64,000 nt of DNA from Octopus sinensis. Its lineage: Eukaryota. A program made the translations under genes and the position numbers. The notes beneath the pieces were generated by a model. It ran no database searches, was not told where the DNA came from, and saw only the letters and a list, made by a program, of their open reading frames with translations. Positions 51,538-64,000 of the stretch are shown here, piece by piece (the first letter of the stretch is position 1; every line of letters starts with the position of its first letter). The stretch is taken from NCBI RefSeq assembly GCF_006345805.1, contig NC_043009.1:28210001-28274000 (forward strand), in the 5' to 3' direction.

Positions 51538-52513
51538 CCTCCTTCTTTCCTTCTTTCCTGAGCGTCCAATAATACTATATTTGTTCCATGTCCTCGCATT
51601 ATTGTGTTTTTTGTTCTTTCTTGTTTGGATTAACTTTATTTATATATATATATATATATATACTGATATATACATATATACACGCACATACACACACACG
51701 CATGCACACACACACACACACACACACACACCACATTCACACACATTTGTCAATCAATCAATCTCTCTATGTCTCTATATGCCTATCAACCTATCTATAC
51801 ACCTACCTGTCTATGTACTGACCTACCTATTTACTTATCTATCCATCTAATCTGTCAATCTATCCATCCCTCCCTCCATCCGTCTATTTATTATCATACC
51901 CCCATCTAACGTCAGTTCTTAGATCTGTGGGTTGGACAGTTCTGCAAAAACAAACAACTTACAATACAATTCTTTTATTATTTCTCTGATCAGGCCTAAC
52001 ATTTCTGGATTTGATTTTATTTCTTTTTTTTACCATTTCATTAGTCACAGAACTACAGCACCAATGATTCTTTGGTATTTCCATATTTGGAGCAGAATCT
52101 GTAAACATATTGGAAAATAGCTTCATGACATTTCTTCTGGAACTTTGAATTCAGAGTTCAAATTTCACTGAGGCAAACCTTTATCTTACATATTTTCAGG
52201 GTTCATAAAATAAATACCAGTCGAATAGTGGTGGTTGATTGTAATTGAATTGCTCCTTCCCTGCAAAATGAAAGGCCTTGTGTCAAAATTAGAAAGAACA
52301 ATTTTCAGGGTCTCCAAGAGAGATGGTAAGAAGGAAGAAATTTGCCCTTAATTTAGGGACTTGATGCAAATGTTTGTATCTGAGTGATTTCTCTTGAAGG
52401 CACCGAAGACCTAGTGGGTGTGGGGTGTTAAAGTAGGGGATTGATTAAGGTGAGACGATGATGATGATGATGGTGTTGCAGTCAACAAACCTCCAGCAAG
52501 GTGACATAGATAA

Positions 52514-52906
52514 AGGAATGGCTGTGTGGTAAGTAGCTTGTCTACCAACCACATGGTTCCGGGTTCAGTCCCACTGCATGGCACCTTGAGCAAGTGTCTT
52601 CTACTATAGCCTTGGGCCGACCAAAGCCTTGTGAGTGGATTTGGTAGATGGAAACTGAAAGAAGCCCGTCGTATATATGTATATATATATGCGTGTGTGT
52701 GTTTGTGTGTCTGTGTTTGTCCCCTAGCATTGCTTGACAACCGATGGTGGTGTGCTTATGTCCCCGTTACTTAGCTGTTCGGCAAAAGAGACCAATAGAA
52801 TAAATACTGGGCTTACAAAAGAATAAGTCCCGAGGTCGAGTTACTCGATTAAAGGCGGTGTTCCTCCAGCATGGCCGCAGTCAAATGACCGAAACAAGTA
52901 AAAGAG
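52514..52906 (+). mobile_element. SINE family A, complete
   Basis: A-box-like tggctgtgtggtaag, B-box ggttcagtccc, internal (TA)(TG) tract, aaaagag tail. Confidence 0.85.
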
Positions 52907-52908
52907 TG

Positions 52909-52956
<48 letters not shown>

Positions 52957-52961
<5 letters not shown>

Positions 52962-52971
52962 TAGATGGATG

Positions 52972-53052
<81 letters not shown>

Positions 53053-53467
53053 TAGCTAGATTGATAGAGGGAGAGACAGACAGATAAACAGATAAAGAAA
53101 GAAAAAGAAAAAGATAGAAAGACAAAGAGGGAGAGAGAGAGATAGTGAAAGAAGTAATTGGTTTGTCCTTCAGTATTCAGCTGTCCTATGCCTAACAGCA
53201 CAGTCAAAGCAACAACAACAGCAACAACAACAACAGCAACAACAACAACAGCAACAACAACAGCGTAAACAACAACACGTTGCCTTCTTCCAATAGATTC
53301 ATTTGAATCTGTTGAAAGATTATCTGCATTGATTAGATCTGAAAGATTCTTGCTATCTTTGGAATTTGATTCCATTTCATTAAAACTATTACTTTCAAAT
53401 GAGAAATTTGTCACCAAATACTTTAGCCATGCACACACCAATGTATGCATGTGTATACATCTATCTA

Positions 53468-53506
<39 letters not shown>

Positions 53507-53609
53507 TTATACATATATATATGTATATATATATATTATACATACACATACATGTATATATGTGTGTGTATATATATATTATATATATATATATATAGAT
53601 AGATGGATG

Positions 53610-53689
<80 letters not shown>

Positions 53690-54103
53690 TAGCTAGATTG
53701 ATAGAGGAGAGACAGACAGATAAACAGATAAAGAAAGAAAAAGAAAAAGATAAAAGACAAAGAGGGAGAGAGAGAGATAGTGAAAGAAGTAATTGGTTTG
53801 TCCTTCAGTATTCAGCTGTCCTATGCCTAACAGCACAGTCAAAGCAACAACAACAGCAACAACAACAACAACAGCAACAACAACAACAGCAACAACAACA
53901 GCGTAAACAACAACACGTTGCCTTCTTCCAATAGATTCATTGAATCTGTTGAAAGATTATCTGCATTGATTAGATCTGAAAGATTCTTGCTATCTTGGAA
54001 TTTGATTCCATTTCATTAAAACTATTACTTTCAAATGAGAAATTTGTCACCAAATACTTTAGCCATGCACACACCAATGTATGCATGTGTATACATCTAT
54101 CTA

Positions 54104-54142
<39 letters not shown>

Positions 54143-54225
54143 TTATACATATATATATGTATATATATATATTATACATACACATACATGTATATATGTG
54201 TGTGTATATATATATTTATATATAT
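52957..54225. repeat. Direct tandem duplication, about 635-bp period
   Basis: tagtagctagattgatag at about 53050 and 53687; copies differ by homopolymer and microsatellite length. Confidence 0.85.
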
Positions 54226-54380
54226 TTATGACTTTACATACAAGCATGTAGGGTGTGTTTGCATGTGTGCATATGCATGTGCATCTGTACATGTGCCTAT
54301 TTGTATATATGTGTGTGCACATATATTCATATATGAAAATGTATGTATAGAGATAGATAGATAGTTAGATAGATAGATAT

Positions 54381-54414
<34 letters not shown>

Positions 54415-54432
54415 TAATAGATAGATAGATAG

Positions 54433-54464
<32 letters not shown>

Positions 54465-54691
54465 TATATGTACACACAAACTAATATAAATATATATGCA
54501 TACACATATATATGTGAATATGTATGCATATATATATGTATATACATATATATACATATCTATATACATACATATATATGTATGTATATGTATGTGTATG
54601 GGTGTGTGTGAGTGTGCATGTAAATATATGTGTATATATATACGCATATATCTATATCTATCTTTCTATCTTTCTATCTCTCTATCAATCT

Positions 54692-55091
54692 AGGTGCAGG
54701 AGTGGCTGTGTAGTAAGTAGCTTTTTTACCAACCACATGGTTCCGGGTTCAGTCCCACTGCGTGGCACCTTGGGCAAGTGTCTTCTACTGTAGCCTCGGG
54801 CCGACCAAAGCCTTGTGAGTGGATTTGGTAGACGGAAACTGAAAGAAGCCCGTCATATATATGTCTATATATATATATATATGCGTGTGTGTGTTTGTCC
54901 TCCTAGCATTGCTTGACAACTGATGCTGGTGTGTCTATGTCCCCGTTACTTAGCGGTTCGGCAAAGGAGCCCGATAGAATAAGTACTGGGCTTACAAAAG
55001 AATAAGCCCCGGGGTTGAGTTGCTCGATTAAAGGTGGTGCTCCAGCATGGCCGCAGTCAAATGACTGAAACATGTAAAAGAGTAAAAGAGT
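54692..55091 (+). mobile_element. SINE family A, complete
   Basis: aggtgcaggagtggctgtgtagtaag...ggttcagtcccactgcgtggcacc...gctccagcatggccgcagtcaaatgactgaaac...(aaaagagt)n. Confidence 0.85.
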
Positions 55092-55666
55092 ATACATATA
55101 TATAGATAGATAGACAGAGAGATAAATAGATAAAAAGGTAGATAGATAGATAGATAGATAGATACATACATACATACATACATACATACATACATTTATA
55201 TACATACATACGTTCATACATACATACATACACAGGTATGTAGAAAGATAGAAAGATACACACACACATATAAGCATATCAAGTCAAAGTTACCAGATTT
55301 TTTCTACAATGTATAAAATGTTTTTATACTAATTCTTCATTTATAATGATTTTTAAGGAATTTTTTATTTTTCTCTTCATTGGAAGGTTATTTTTCTCTT
55401 TTCTTTTACATTAGCTTTCTTTAAATTTCTTGTCAACTTCAGAAGCAATCGTTTGGCAATTTGTATAAATTGCCTGAAATAAGAGAACTGTATAATAAAT
55501 AAAGAAGCCAAGAAAAGCATAAAACAAAAATATATAAACCAGATGAGGTTACTGAGTTTATGAAAGAAGTGGAACTAGAGTTAAATGGTTTAAAATAATT
55601 TAATATGAGAAGGGAAGATAATGATAAATAATATGAGTAAAATAATTTGTATATATGTATACATAT

Positions 55667-56075
55667 AGGCGCAGGAGTGGTTGTGTGGTAAGTAGCTTGC
55701 TAACCAACCACATGGTTCCGGGTTCAGTCCCACTGCGTGACATCTTGGGCAAGTGTCTTCTGCTATAGCCCCGGGCCGACCAATGCCTTGTGAGTGGATT
55801 TGGTAGACGGAAACTGAAAGAAGCCTGTCGTATATATGTATATATATATGTGTGTGTGTGTATGTTTGTGTATGTCCCCCTAGCATTGCTTGACAAACAA
55901 TGCTGGTGTGTTTACGTCCCCGTCACTTAGCGGTTCGGCAAAAAGAGACCGATAGAATAAGTACTGGGCTTACAAAGAATAAGTCCTGGGGTCTATTTGC
56001 TCGACTAAAAGGCGGTGCTCCAGCATGGCCGCAGTCAAATGACTGAAACAAGTAAAAAGAGAAAAAGAGAAAAGA
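55667..56075 (+). mobile_element. SINE family A, complete
   Basis: Same structure as 54692-55091. Confidence 0.85.
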
Positions 56076-56079
56076 GATA

Positions 56080-56134
<55 letters not shown>

Positions 56135-56357
56135 TCAAAATAAGCAACAAGTACATCTTCGGTAATTTGGTACGATCGTTGCATGCTACTTCATTTTATT
56201 AAACATTGTAAGTATTACATTAGTTTCAAAATGATGAGCAATCTTCAGCCATTTATAGAAGTCTTCCATCAAACGGACAATACATATACTTATATTCATT
56301 TCATTTATACTTATATATATACTTATATTCATAGCATTGATCAGTTATGTTCTCATT

Positions 56358-58975
56358 AGACATAGACTAGTCATTAGTGACTTTAAACTCCAAGCCAGAA
56401 GGATGCCAAGAAGCAGAGCAATCTGAAAAAGAAGGATTTGGAAGCTTAAGGACCTTTCATATGGTCAGTAATTTAGGGACATTCTAATTGAGAAATTTGA
56501 TGAGAGGGAGGAAGAACTACAGATTTGTGATGTAGAGGTAACTGGGAATTCCTGCAGGACAGATTGCTGAGTGCCACAGATCAAATCTGCAGCTGGTGCA
56601 AAGACCCATCCAGACCTAGTGTGACATGGTGGTGGAACGATGCTGTAGACAGTGCTTTAGAGCAAAGAAACAGGTCTGGAAGAGTTGGGCTAGCATGGAA
56701 CTGTATCAGATAGCCAGAATGAAAGCTAGGAGACAGGTATGTCTAGCCAAGGGAGAATCAGAAAAGAACTTTGCTTATGTTCAGAGATGTGAAGGCCAAA
56801 GAGTTGAAGTGTTTCGGATTTCAAGACAGTGCGTGAGAGAAAATTGTGATGTCGTTGGAGAGAAATGTGTCCGCATGGATGATGGTGCACTTGCATTTAA
56901 TGATTCTGCAAAGAAAGAGGCTTGGAAATGCCATTATGAAAGACTGCAGAATGTGAAGAATGAATGGGAGGAGGAGAATCTACCAAATGTTGACCCAGTT
57001 GAGGGAGCAGCTATCTAAATTGACAGTACCTTGGTAGATAAAGCAATTAAGGATATGATGACAGGGAAAGCCCCCAGCCATCAGAAAGTACCACTGAGAT
57101 GCTTAAAATATCTGGTGGTGTCAGTTTTGGTCTAGTTACCAGTATTGTAAATCAGGTGGTTCACAAAGGAGTCATAGCCAATGACCGGTGTAGCAGCACC
57201 ATAGTCAACTGCTACAAAGGTAAAGGTGATGCCTTAGATAGAAATAATTACAGAGGTATCAAATTGCTGGATCAGGTGATGAAAGTAATGGAGAGTCTCA
57301 TAGCCCAGCTAATTATGGAGAGAGTTAGTCTAGATGAGATGCAGTTTGGCTTGGTGCCAGGGAGAAGCACCACTGATGCTATATTTCTAGTAAGGCAGCT
57401 GCAGGAGAAATACATAGCCAAAGATAAACCTCTGTACTTGGCTTTTGTTGACTTTTTGTTGGAGAAAGCTTTGACAGTGTCTTCCAGTCCCTTATCTGGT
57501 GGTCAGTGTGGAAACTAGGGATAGATGAGTGGTTGGTGAAAGTGAGGATTGACGAGTACAGCAAAGAATTCAGGATACAAGTAAGAGTTCACCAAAGATC
57601 AGTCCTCAGCCCTTCTTGTTCCTCATAGACCTCCAGGCAATAACAGAGGAATTCAAGACAGGCTGCCCCTGGGAGATCCTCTATGCTGATGACCTTGTAC
57701 TTATAGCTGAATCACTACCAGACTTAGAGGAGTTTCAGGTATGGAAGCAAGGTCTAGAATCGAAGTTAACCTAGCAAAAACCAAGGTCTTAGTAACTAAG
57801 TGGGTAGATAAATTACAAATCTCTTCAGGTAGATGGCCCTACTCGATCTGTAGAAAAGGTGTAGGTAGAAAGAATAGGTAGAAAAAAGATGTATCCAGTG
57901 TAAGCTATGGACACACAAGAGGTGCAACAATATCAGGGGAAGGTTAACAGGGAAACTAGTTTTTGTGTGTGGAAGATGCTCAGGTATAATAAACACTGAA
58001 AATGTACAGAAAATAGACTCCATTAACTGCCAGGTGGGTAAGCTAGAGGCAGTAGATAGCTTCTGTTATCTGGGTGACCAAGTTGGTAGTGGAGGTGGAT
58101 GCTCTGATGGCAACAAAGGGCCTCTCCCTCAGAGTGAAAGGCAGATTGTATGATGCCTGTGTGTAAACACCTATGCTACACAGCAGTGTAACATGGGCTG
58201 TGACAGCTGAGGACATGTGTAGGCTTGAAAGAAATGGAACCAGTGTACTTCATTGGATGTGCAATGTCAGTGTACATGTTCGACAGAGTGTAAGCATTTC
58301 GAGAGAAAAGTTGGGCATAAGAGGCATTGGATGTGGTGTGCAAAAGAGATGACCACACTGGTCTGGTCATGTGATGTGGATGGATGAGGATAGCTGTGTA
58401 AAGAAGTGCCGATCTCTAACTGTGGAGATAACCTGTGGAAGAGTTAGACCTAGGAAGACATGGGATGAGGTGGTGAAGCATGATCTTTGAACTTTGGGTC
58501 TCACAGAGGCAACAATGACCAGTGACTGAGACCTTTGACAATATCCTAAAGTGAAATCATAGTTGTGGCCGATGCCGGCCACCTTTCGAGCATTGGGCAT
58601 CACAGAGGCAAAGTGGGTGATGCCAGTGGCACATGAAAAGCACCTTTCAAGTGATGGGCCTCATGGAGGCAAGGATGAATGACTGAGACCTTGGCATTAT
58701 GTCGTGCTTGAGTAGAAGACCCATCAAGCCAAGTAAAATCGCAGTTGTGGCAGATACTGGTGTCACACAAATGGCACCCATGCCAGTGGCACATAAAAGC
58801 ACCCATTACACTCTTGGAGTGGTTACTGTTAGGAAGAGCATCCAGCTGTAGAAGACCATGACAAATCAGACTGGAGTCTGGTGCAGCCTTTCAGCTTGCC
58901 AACTCTGGTCAAACCATCCAACCTATGCCAGCATGGACAATGGATGTTAAATGATGATGATGATGGTGGTGATTT
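56358..58975 (+). mobile_element. Decayed 5'-truncated RTE LINE with reverse transcriptase
   Basis: ORFs 56626-57018 and 57099-57518 (NYRGIKLL, QFGLVPGRSTTDAIFLVRQLQEKY, LYLAFVD); GCPWEILYADDL with LYADDL at 57679-57696; 3' UTR and (GAT)n tail; many stops and frameshifts. Confidence 0.92.
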
Positions 58976-59003
58976 TGATGCTATATATATATGTATGTAT
59001 ATA

Positions 59004-59049
<46 letters not shown>

Positions 59050-59053
<4 letters not shown>

Positions 59054-59305
59054 CTCAGATAGCTTCAGATAACTTAGATATGTTTCGACCAAAGATTAGT
59101 CCAGGCCATGTCTGACCTGATGGCACCACCTGATAGGATTATCTAAATTCTTTTAAAATTAAGTTTTGTGGTATCATGGTCCATTTGAGTAGGGAGTTCT
59201 TGTGTGAGTTGTATCCAGGTGTAGGGGGCTTATCTGGTATTCCTTGAAGAAATTTGTTCAGATTCTGTTTAAAAAGTGATGGAATCATTTTCCTCTTTGA
59301 TCTGT
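59050..59305 (-). mobile_element. CR1/L2-like LINE 3' end
   Basis: Minus translation KQNLNKFLQGIPDKPPTPGYNSHKNSLLKW followed by a short stem-loop and repeated tatct(g)a(a)g tail. Confidence 0.6.
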
Positions 59306-59324
59306 TTTATGTATGTCTTTTATA

Positions 59325-59710
59325 TTTTATTTGTTTCAGTCTGTGGCCATGCTGGGGCACTGCCTTTGAGAATTTTTAGTTGAATGAATAAACCCCAGTG
59401 CTTATTTTATTTAAGCATGATTTTTATTCTATCAATCTCTTTTGCCAAACTGCTAAGTTATGGGAATGCAATGCAAACACACTAATACCAGTTGTCAAGT
59501 GGTGGTAGGGGTATGACGAACAGAGACACAAAGACACACATTAATATATGTGCATGTTTAACTACTATCGGCTTCAGTTTCCATCTACCAAATCCACTTA
59601 CAAGGCTTTAGTCAGCCTGAGACTATAGCAGAAGACACTTGCCTAAGGTTCCATGCAGTGGGACTGAACCCAGAGCCATGTGGTTGGGAAGCAAGCTTCT
59701 TACCACACAT
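59325..59710 (-). mobile_element. SINE family A, diverged
   Basis: Reverse complement of family A, both halves present. Confidence 0.75.
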
Positions 59711-60483
59711 ATATAATATACATATATAATATCTATTTTTTCATGTGTATGAAGCAGAAAAAAAAATGAAAATCCAGTTGGAGTCATTAAGAAGATTTAT
59801 TTACCATTATTTAATTGATTTCACAATTCATTGATTTTGGAAAATAGTTTGAAATGATGAGACGCTGTCTTCCCAAAATTTCAACAAAATTACTCATTGA
59901 ACTATTTAATTCATCAATAAAATCGCTGTTTTTCTGTTTTGTCAATAGATACCGCTTCACTTAGATGTTCTTATATATTGTTATTTTTCCAAATTTCAAC
60001 AAAAATACTCCATTCCAAGTTATCACTAAAACTGACTTTCTAACTTAACAATAGAATTCCAGGAGATTCCCCATATTGTCAATAGATTACGGAATTGCTC
60101 ATCTTCCAATTTGTCAAAAGATTTGCTGACTTCTCAAATTGTTCGATAAATATGTGCCTTCATGATTTGTCTGCAGAATTGGTGCCTTTCAAAGTTGTCA
60201 AAGAATTGCATTTTTTTTCCACATTATCAATAGAATGAATACCTTTCAGATTAACCAAAGAAATTCTGTCTTTCCAAATTTCTCTTGAAAAGATCTGCTG
60301 GTTTGTCATCATTTGCTTCATTTATAGGCATATATGTATACTGTTTACTATACATACACATATATACATGTATACTGTTTACACACACACATATATACCC
60401 ATATGTTTATATATACATACATATACAAACATATATATGCATTTATGCATACATACATACATACATACATACATGCATCCATC

Positions 60484-60530
<47 letters not shown>

Positions 60531-60742
60531 GAAAGAAAAGTTGGGATTAATGTATATATAATGTACACACACATATATATATACACACCTTATATATGCA
60601 TACAGATATATATACACACACACACACACACACATACATACAGAAATATAAATACACACATGTACCTGTTTATTTAACATCTATTTACCTACTTAACTAC
60701 ATTCCAACCAGCATACATTTTATCCATCCATCCATCCATCTA

Positions 60743-60785
<43 letters not shown>

Positions 60786-60812
60786 CTATCTATCCATCCG
60801 TCCATCCATTCA

Positions 60813-60849
<37 letters not shown>

Positions 60850-61670
60850 CTATCAATCCATCCATCCATCCTTCTCCTTATCTCTCTCTCTCTCTCTCTC
60901 TCCCTATCTACCTCGTCTTTCCCTATACCTGTCTTTCCTTTCTGATATCTCTGGTTTCTTTTCAAGTTTATACCCCCTCCTTTTGCTAGATTTTTTCTTT
61001 CTCTTCACTCAGAAGAAAACTGGCTACAATGCATAGCAAGATGAAATAAGATAGCCACCACTTTCCTTTCACTAACCTTTGAGTATAATTTCTATACATA
61101 ATATCTCTTTTAAGCTCCTTATTCATGAAAAGGGGCTTCTTCATTTGTTCAGTTTTCTGCACCCATTGTCTGCTAAGTGTTGCACCTCTGCATATACATG
61201 CATCAATTATGCATCTATCCTATGGCAATATTTGCATCAGTATAAATGAACTTAATTCGAGATCTTTCATTTTACTCTGCTGCCAGAAATAGGCATCGTA
61301 TCTTATAGGAATATTGATATTTTTTAGGAGCACAACGTATTGTTATTGAGAAACCTAAGTCTGTGTTATTGTTCGTGAATTTCTCAAGGTCAGCACTGGA
61401 ATGGTTACAACCTGTTATCAAACATCGTTATCAAACATCTTACTTGGTACTCACCTCTGATATATGATTTATCTTTTACTAGGTCCTGTTATAGCATTGT
61501 GACCATGCTGGGGCACCACATTCAGTTGTCCAGTTCAGTGCTCTGCAAACTTTCTTAACTACCAGTACACTTATATTCTTTTCAAAATTTGGCAGCACAC
61601 CTGAATTAAAATTATACTTAAAAGTATAGGGAAAAAAGTCATATTCAGGTGACACTGTTGCACAACCAGC

Positions 61671-61863
61671 ATCACCTCATGGCACCCCTATCATCGTATG
61701 GTGGAACACCTAGCATCATCCCATGGGACACCTAGCACCATCTCATGGCACAACAAGCATCGTTTTGTGGCACACCTATCATTATCTCGTGGCACACCTA
61801 GCCTCATGTCATAGCACATCTAGTATCATCTTGTGGCACACCCAGCATCGTCTCATGGCACAC
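61671..61863. repeat. Degenerate 22-bp minisatellite, about 9 copies
   Basis: Units approximating agcatcatctcatggcacacct. Confidence 0.75.
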
Positions 61864-62924
61864 CAGTGTGTCACAGCATACTGGTTTACAAGGCACTGGT
61901 TTAGTTGAATAAATGAACCCAAGAATTTCTTTTTTTTGTTTTTTAATCTGCTACTTATTTTATCAGTATCTTTTTGTTGGACTGCTAATTCATGGACAGA
62001 TAAACAAGCGAACACCATTTGTCAAGCTGTGGTAGCAGCACAAACTGAAAGATACACACATACATACTCACACAAGCCTTCACATAGTTTCTATCTACAA
62101 GATTCACTCACATTGCTTTGGTTGGCATGGGAATCAAGGTGTCGCACTGTGGGACTGAACCCAAAAACATTGTGATTGCAAAGGGAGTTTCTTAACCATA
62201 CACAAACACACATAATTGTTTTCTATGAATATTATTTTGTGCAATCTGTCGACCAATTTAACACCAACAAATGTTCATTAGAGGCGGTTGCAAGCATTAA
62301 ATCTGTTGCAAGCATTAAATAGACCAGGCACCTGGTTTGAGATTAAATTCATCCCTTTCACCCATCAGTTTTGAGACCTTAACAAAAATAAAAGGTCATA
62401 GTTGGTGCCCTTCCGTCCCAGAAAAAAATAACAAAAAAAAATAACAAAACAAATAAAAAGGAGAACCCTGACCATTATCTTTTACAGAGCTTTACAGATC
62501 TGAGGCTAGAGTCTATATAAAATGATGTACTCCAACATCTTATAGGAACAGAGTGGGCTTGTCATTGATAGGGCCGCAAATGGGGACAAAAGGACTTTGA
62601 CAAACCTAAAAGATTGATTAACTAACTGAACAATTAATCAAACAATTAATTAATTAATTAGTTGACTGGTTAAATATTTGATTGCAACATGATCAAGCAA
62701 TTAATGACATAAAAGTAGAGAAAGGTCTTGCTCCCTTAGGAATCCCCACGGAGATACATTATTTACATTATTTACATCATTTACATTTGACAGCTATTTG
62801 TCCTCATCCTGTTTGTTGTTAACACAATGTTTTGGATAATATACCCACCAGCCTTCATCAGGTGTCTTGGAGGAAATTTTGAACCTGGGTTCTCATTCCT
62901 AAGGTATTTTTCAATGTTATTACT

Positions 62925-62927
62925 ATT

Positions 62928-62958
<31 letters not shown>

Positions 62959-64000
62959 TTATTATTATTATTACTATTTTTTTTTCTTCTTCAAATTTTC
63001 TTCCATTTCTTGCCGAGTGTCTCCCCGACTCCTAGGGCAAAGAAACTCATAGTGTATATTGGTAGGCCATTAAACCAAACTCAGTAGTTCGTTCATTTTT
63101 TTAATTTTTTTTTTTTAAAGTTAAATTAAAATACATGAGCAGCAACAGTTCTCACATCGACAATGCTCTTCTCAATACGTGTGATGTACCAGTTAAGACA
63201 ATCTTTTGCACTTCTTGCAGGGATGGTAAGCCAGGGATCATTCTCATATAATTTTCGGTTCCCTTCTTGATCATTCCTAGTGCTCCTACGATCACTGGTA
63301 TTGTAACTGCCTTGAGATGCCACATTTTCTCAATTTCAATGAGTAGGTCTTTATAATTTCTGAGCTTGTCAAACTCTTTCGCTGAGATATTATGATCACA
63401 GGGGATGCTCATGTCGATCAATATGCAAACTTTATTGTTTTGGTCTTTCACAACAATATCTGGTTTATTGGCCTTGATGATTCGGTCTGTATGTACTGGA
63501 AAGTCCCACAGAATGGTTACATTTTCTCCTTCAGTTACAGCCTCAGGGTGGTGATTATACCACTTGTCGGCAGTTTTGATATTGTAATGCCGACTTATTA
63601 GCCAGTGGAGATATTGGCCAACTCTGTCATGTCTTAATTTATACTCCACTGGTGCTAAGACTTTACATCCAGAGATTAGGTGGTCCACTGTTTCAATCAT
63701 GTCGTTGCAGAATCGGCATTTTGGGTCTGCTCCATTTTTCATCACATTGGCCTGGTAGTTCCGGGTTGATAGGCTTTGGTCTTGAGCAGCCAGGATGAAA
63801 CCTTCACTCTCTGCTTTTAGCCCTGAGCTCCGCACCCACTGATGGGTTTGCTTCTGGTCAACATCAGCTTGTCTGCTGCGGGTCACATATTTGCCGTGCA
63901 GAGGTTTCTCCTCCCACCTATCAGCCAATTGCTCGTGCGCTTTTTTCATTGCCATCATTTTCACGTTCTTTGCAGCAATAGTTGCCATACTTCCCTCGGG
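62925..64000 (-). mobile_element. R4/Dong-type RLE non-LTR retrotransposon, 3' end
   Basis: Open ORF end, 3' UTR (62980-63150) and (TAA)n tail; a second 3' UTR fragment lies at about 14485-14590. Confidence 0.85.
63152..64000 (-). CDS. C-terminus of RLE-type retrotransposon ORF (CCHC knuckle and PD-(D/E)xK restriction-like endonuclease), partial
   Basis: CRFCNDMIETVDHLISGC (CX2CX8HX4C), YKLRHD, KPDIVV, LIDMSIP, KLRNYKDL, GALG; frame stays open to the window edge. Confidence 0.88.
   Translation of the reverse strand, partial: PEGSMATIAAKNVKMMAMKKAHEQLADRWEEKPLHGKYVTRSRQADVDQKQTHQWVRSSGLKAESEGFILAAQDQSLSTRNYQANVMKNGADPKCRFCNDMIETVDHLISGCKVLAPVEYKLRHDRVGQYLHWLISRHYNIKTADKWYNHHPEAVTEGENVTILWDFPVHTDRIIKANKPDIVVKDQNNKVCILIDMSIPCDHNISAKEFDKLRNYKDLLIEIEKMWHLKAVTIPVIVGALGMIKKGTENYMRMIPGLPSLQEVQKIVLTGTSHVLRRALSM

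Noticed and set aside
54692-54770. tRNA-like A and B boxes
   Set aside because: SINE heads; no cloverleaf.
56205-56245. Minus-strand CTGAAGA...GAAAC
   Set aside because: No convincing helix II or stem I pairing.
59075-59110. Stem-loop followed by GAAAC on the minus strand
   Set aside because: No CTGANGA core; better explained as the 3' stem-loop of the adjacent LINE.

Overview
AT-rich, repeat-saturated animal genomic DNA. The SINE, RTE and mariner repertoire looks like an octopod cephalopod (inference from remembered repeat sequences, not a search). I cannot support any intact host gene. Nearly all long ORFs in the track are translations of (TA)n, (CA)n, (GAT)n, (ATT)n or (GATA)n microsatellites. 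Recognisable coding relics are all transposon-derived: RTE LINEs, an L1/Tx1 fragment, a CR1/L2-like 3' end, mariner/Tc1, pogo and hAT relics, and the open 3' end of an R4/Dong-type RLE retrotransposon running off the right edge. The main hidden signal is non-coding: six unrelated families of minimal type I hammerhead ribozyme motifs plus an orphan 3' half of a seventh, each with a palindromic stem III (the dimer-cleaving type known from Penelope-like elements), nearly all embedded in (TA)n or (TAA)n. Two sit in tandem ORF-less units (467 bp at 7.5-8.3 kb; about 532 bp at 31.5-33.5 kb) that flip into inverted arms close to the predicted cleavage site, resembling retrozyme or pseudo-LTR insertions. 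One copy carries a compensatory G3-C8 core swap. Some duplications and a noisy 33.6-36.1 kb stretch may be assembly artefacts.
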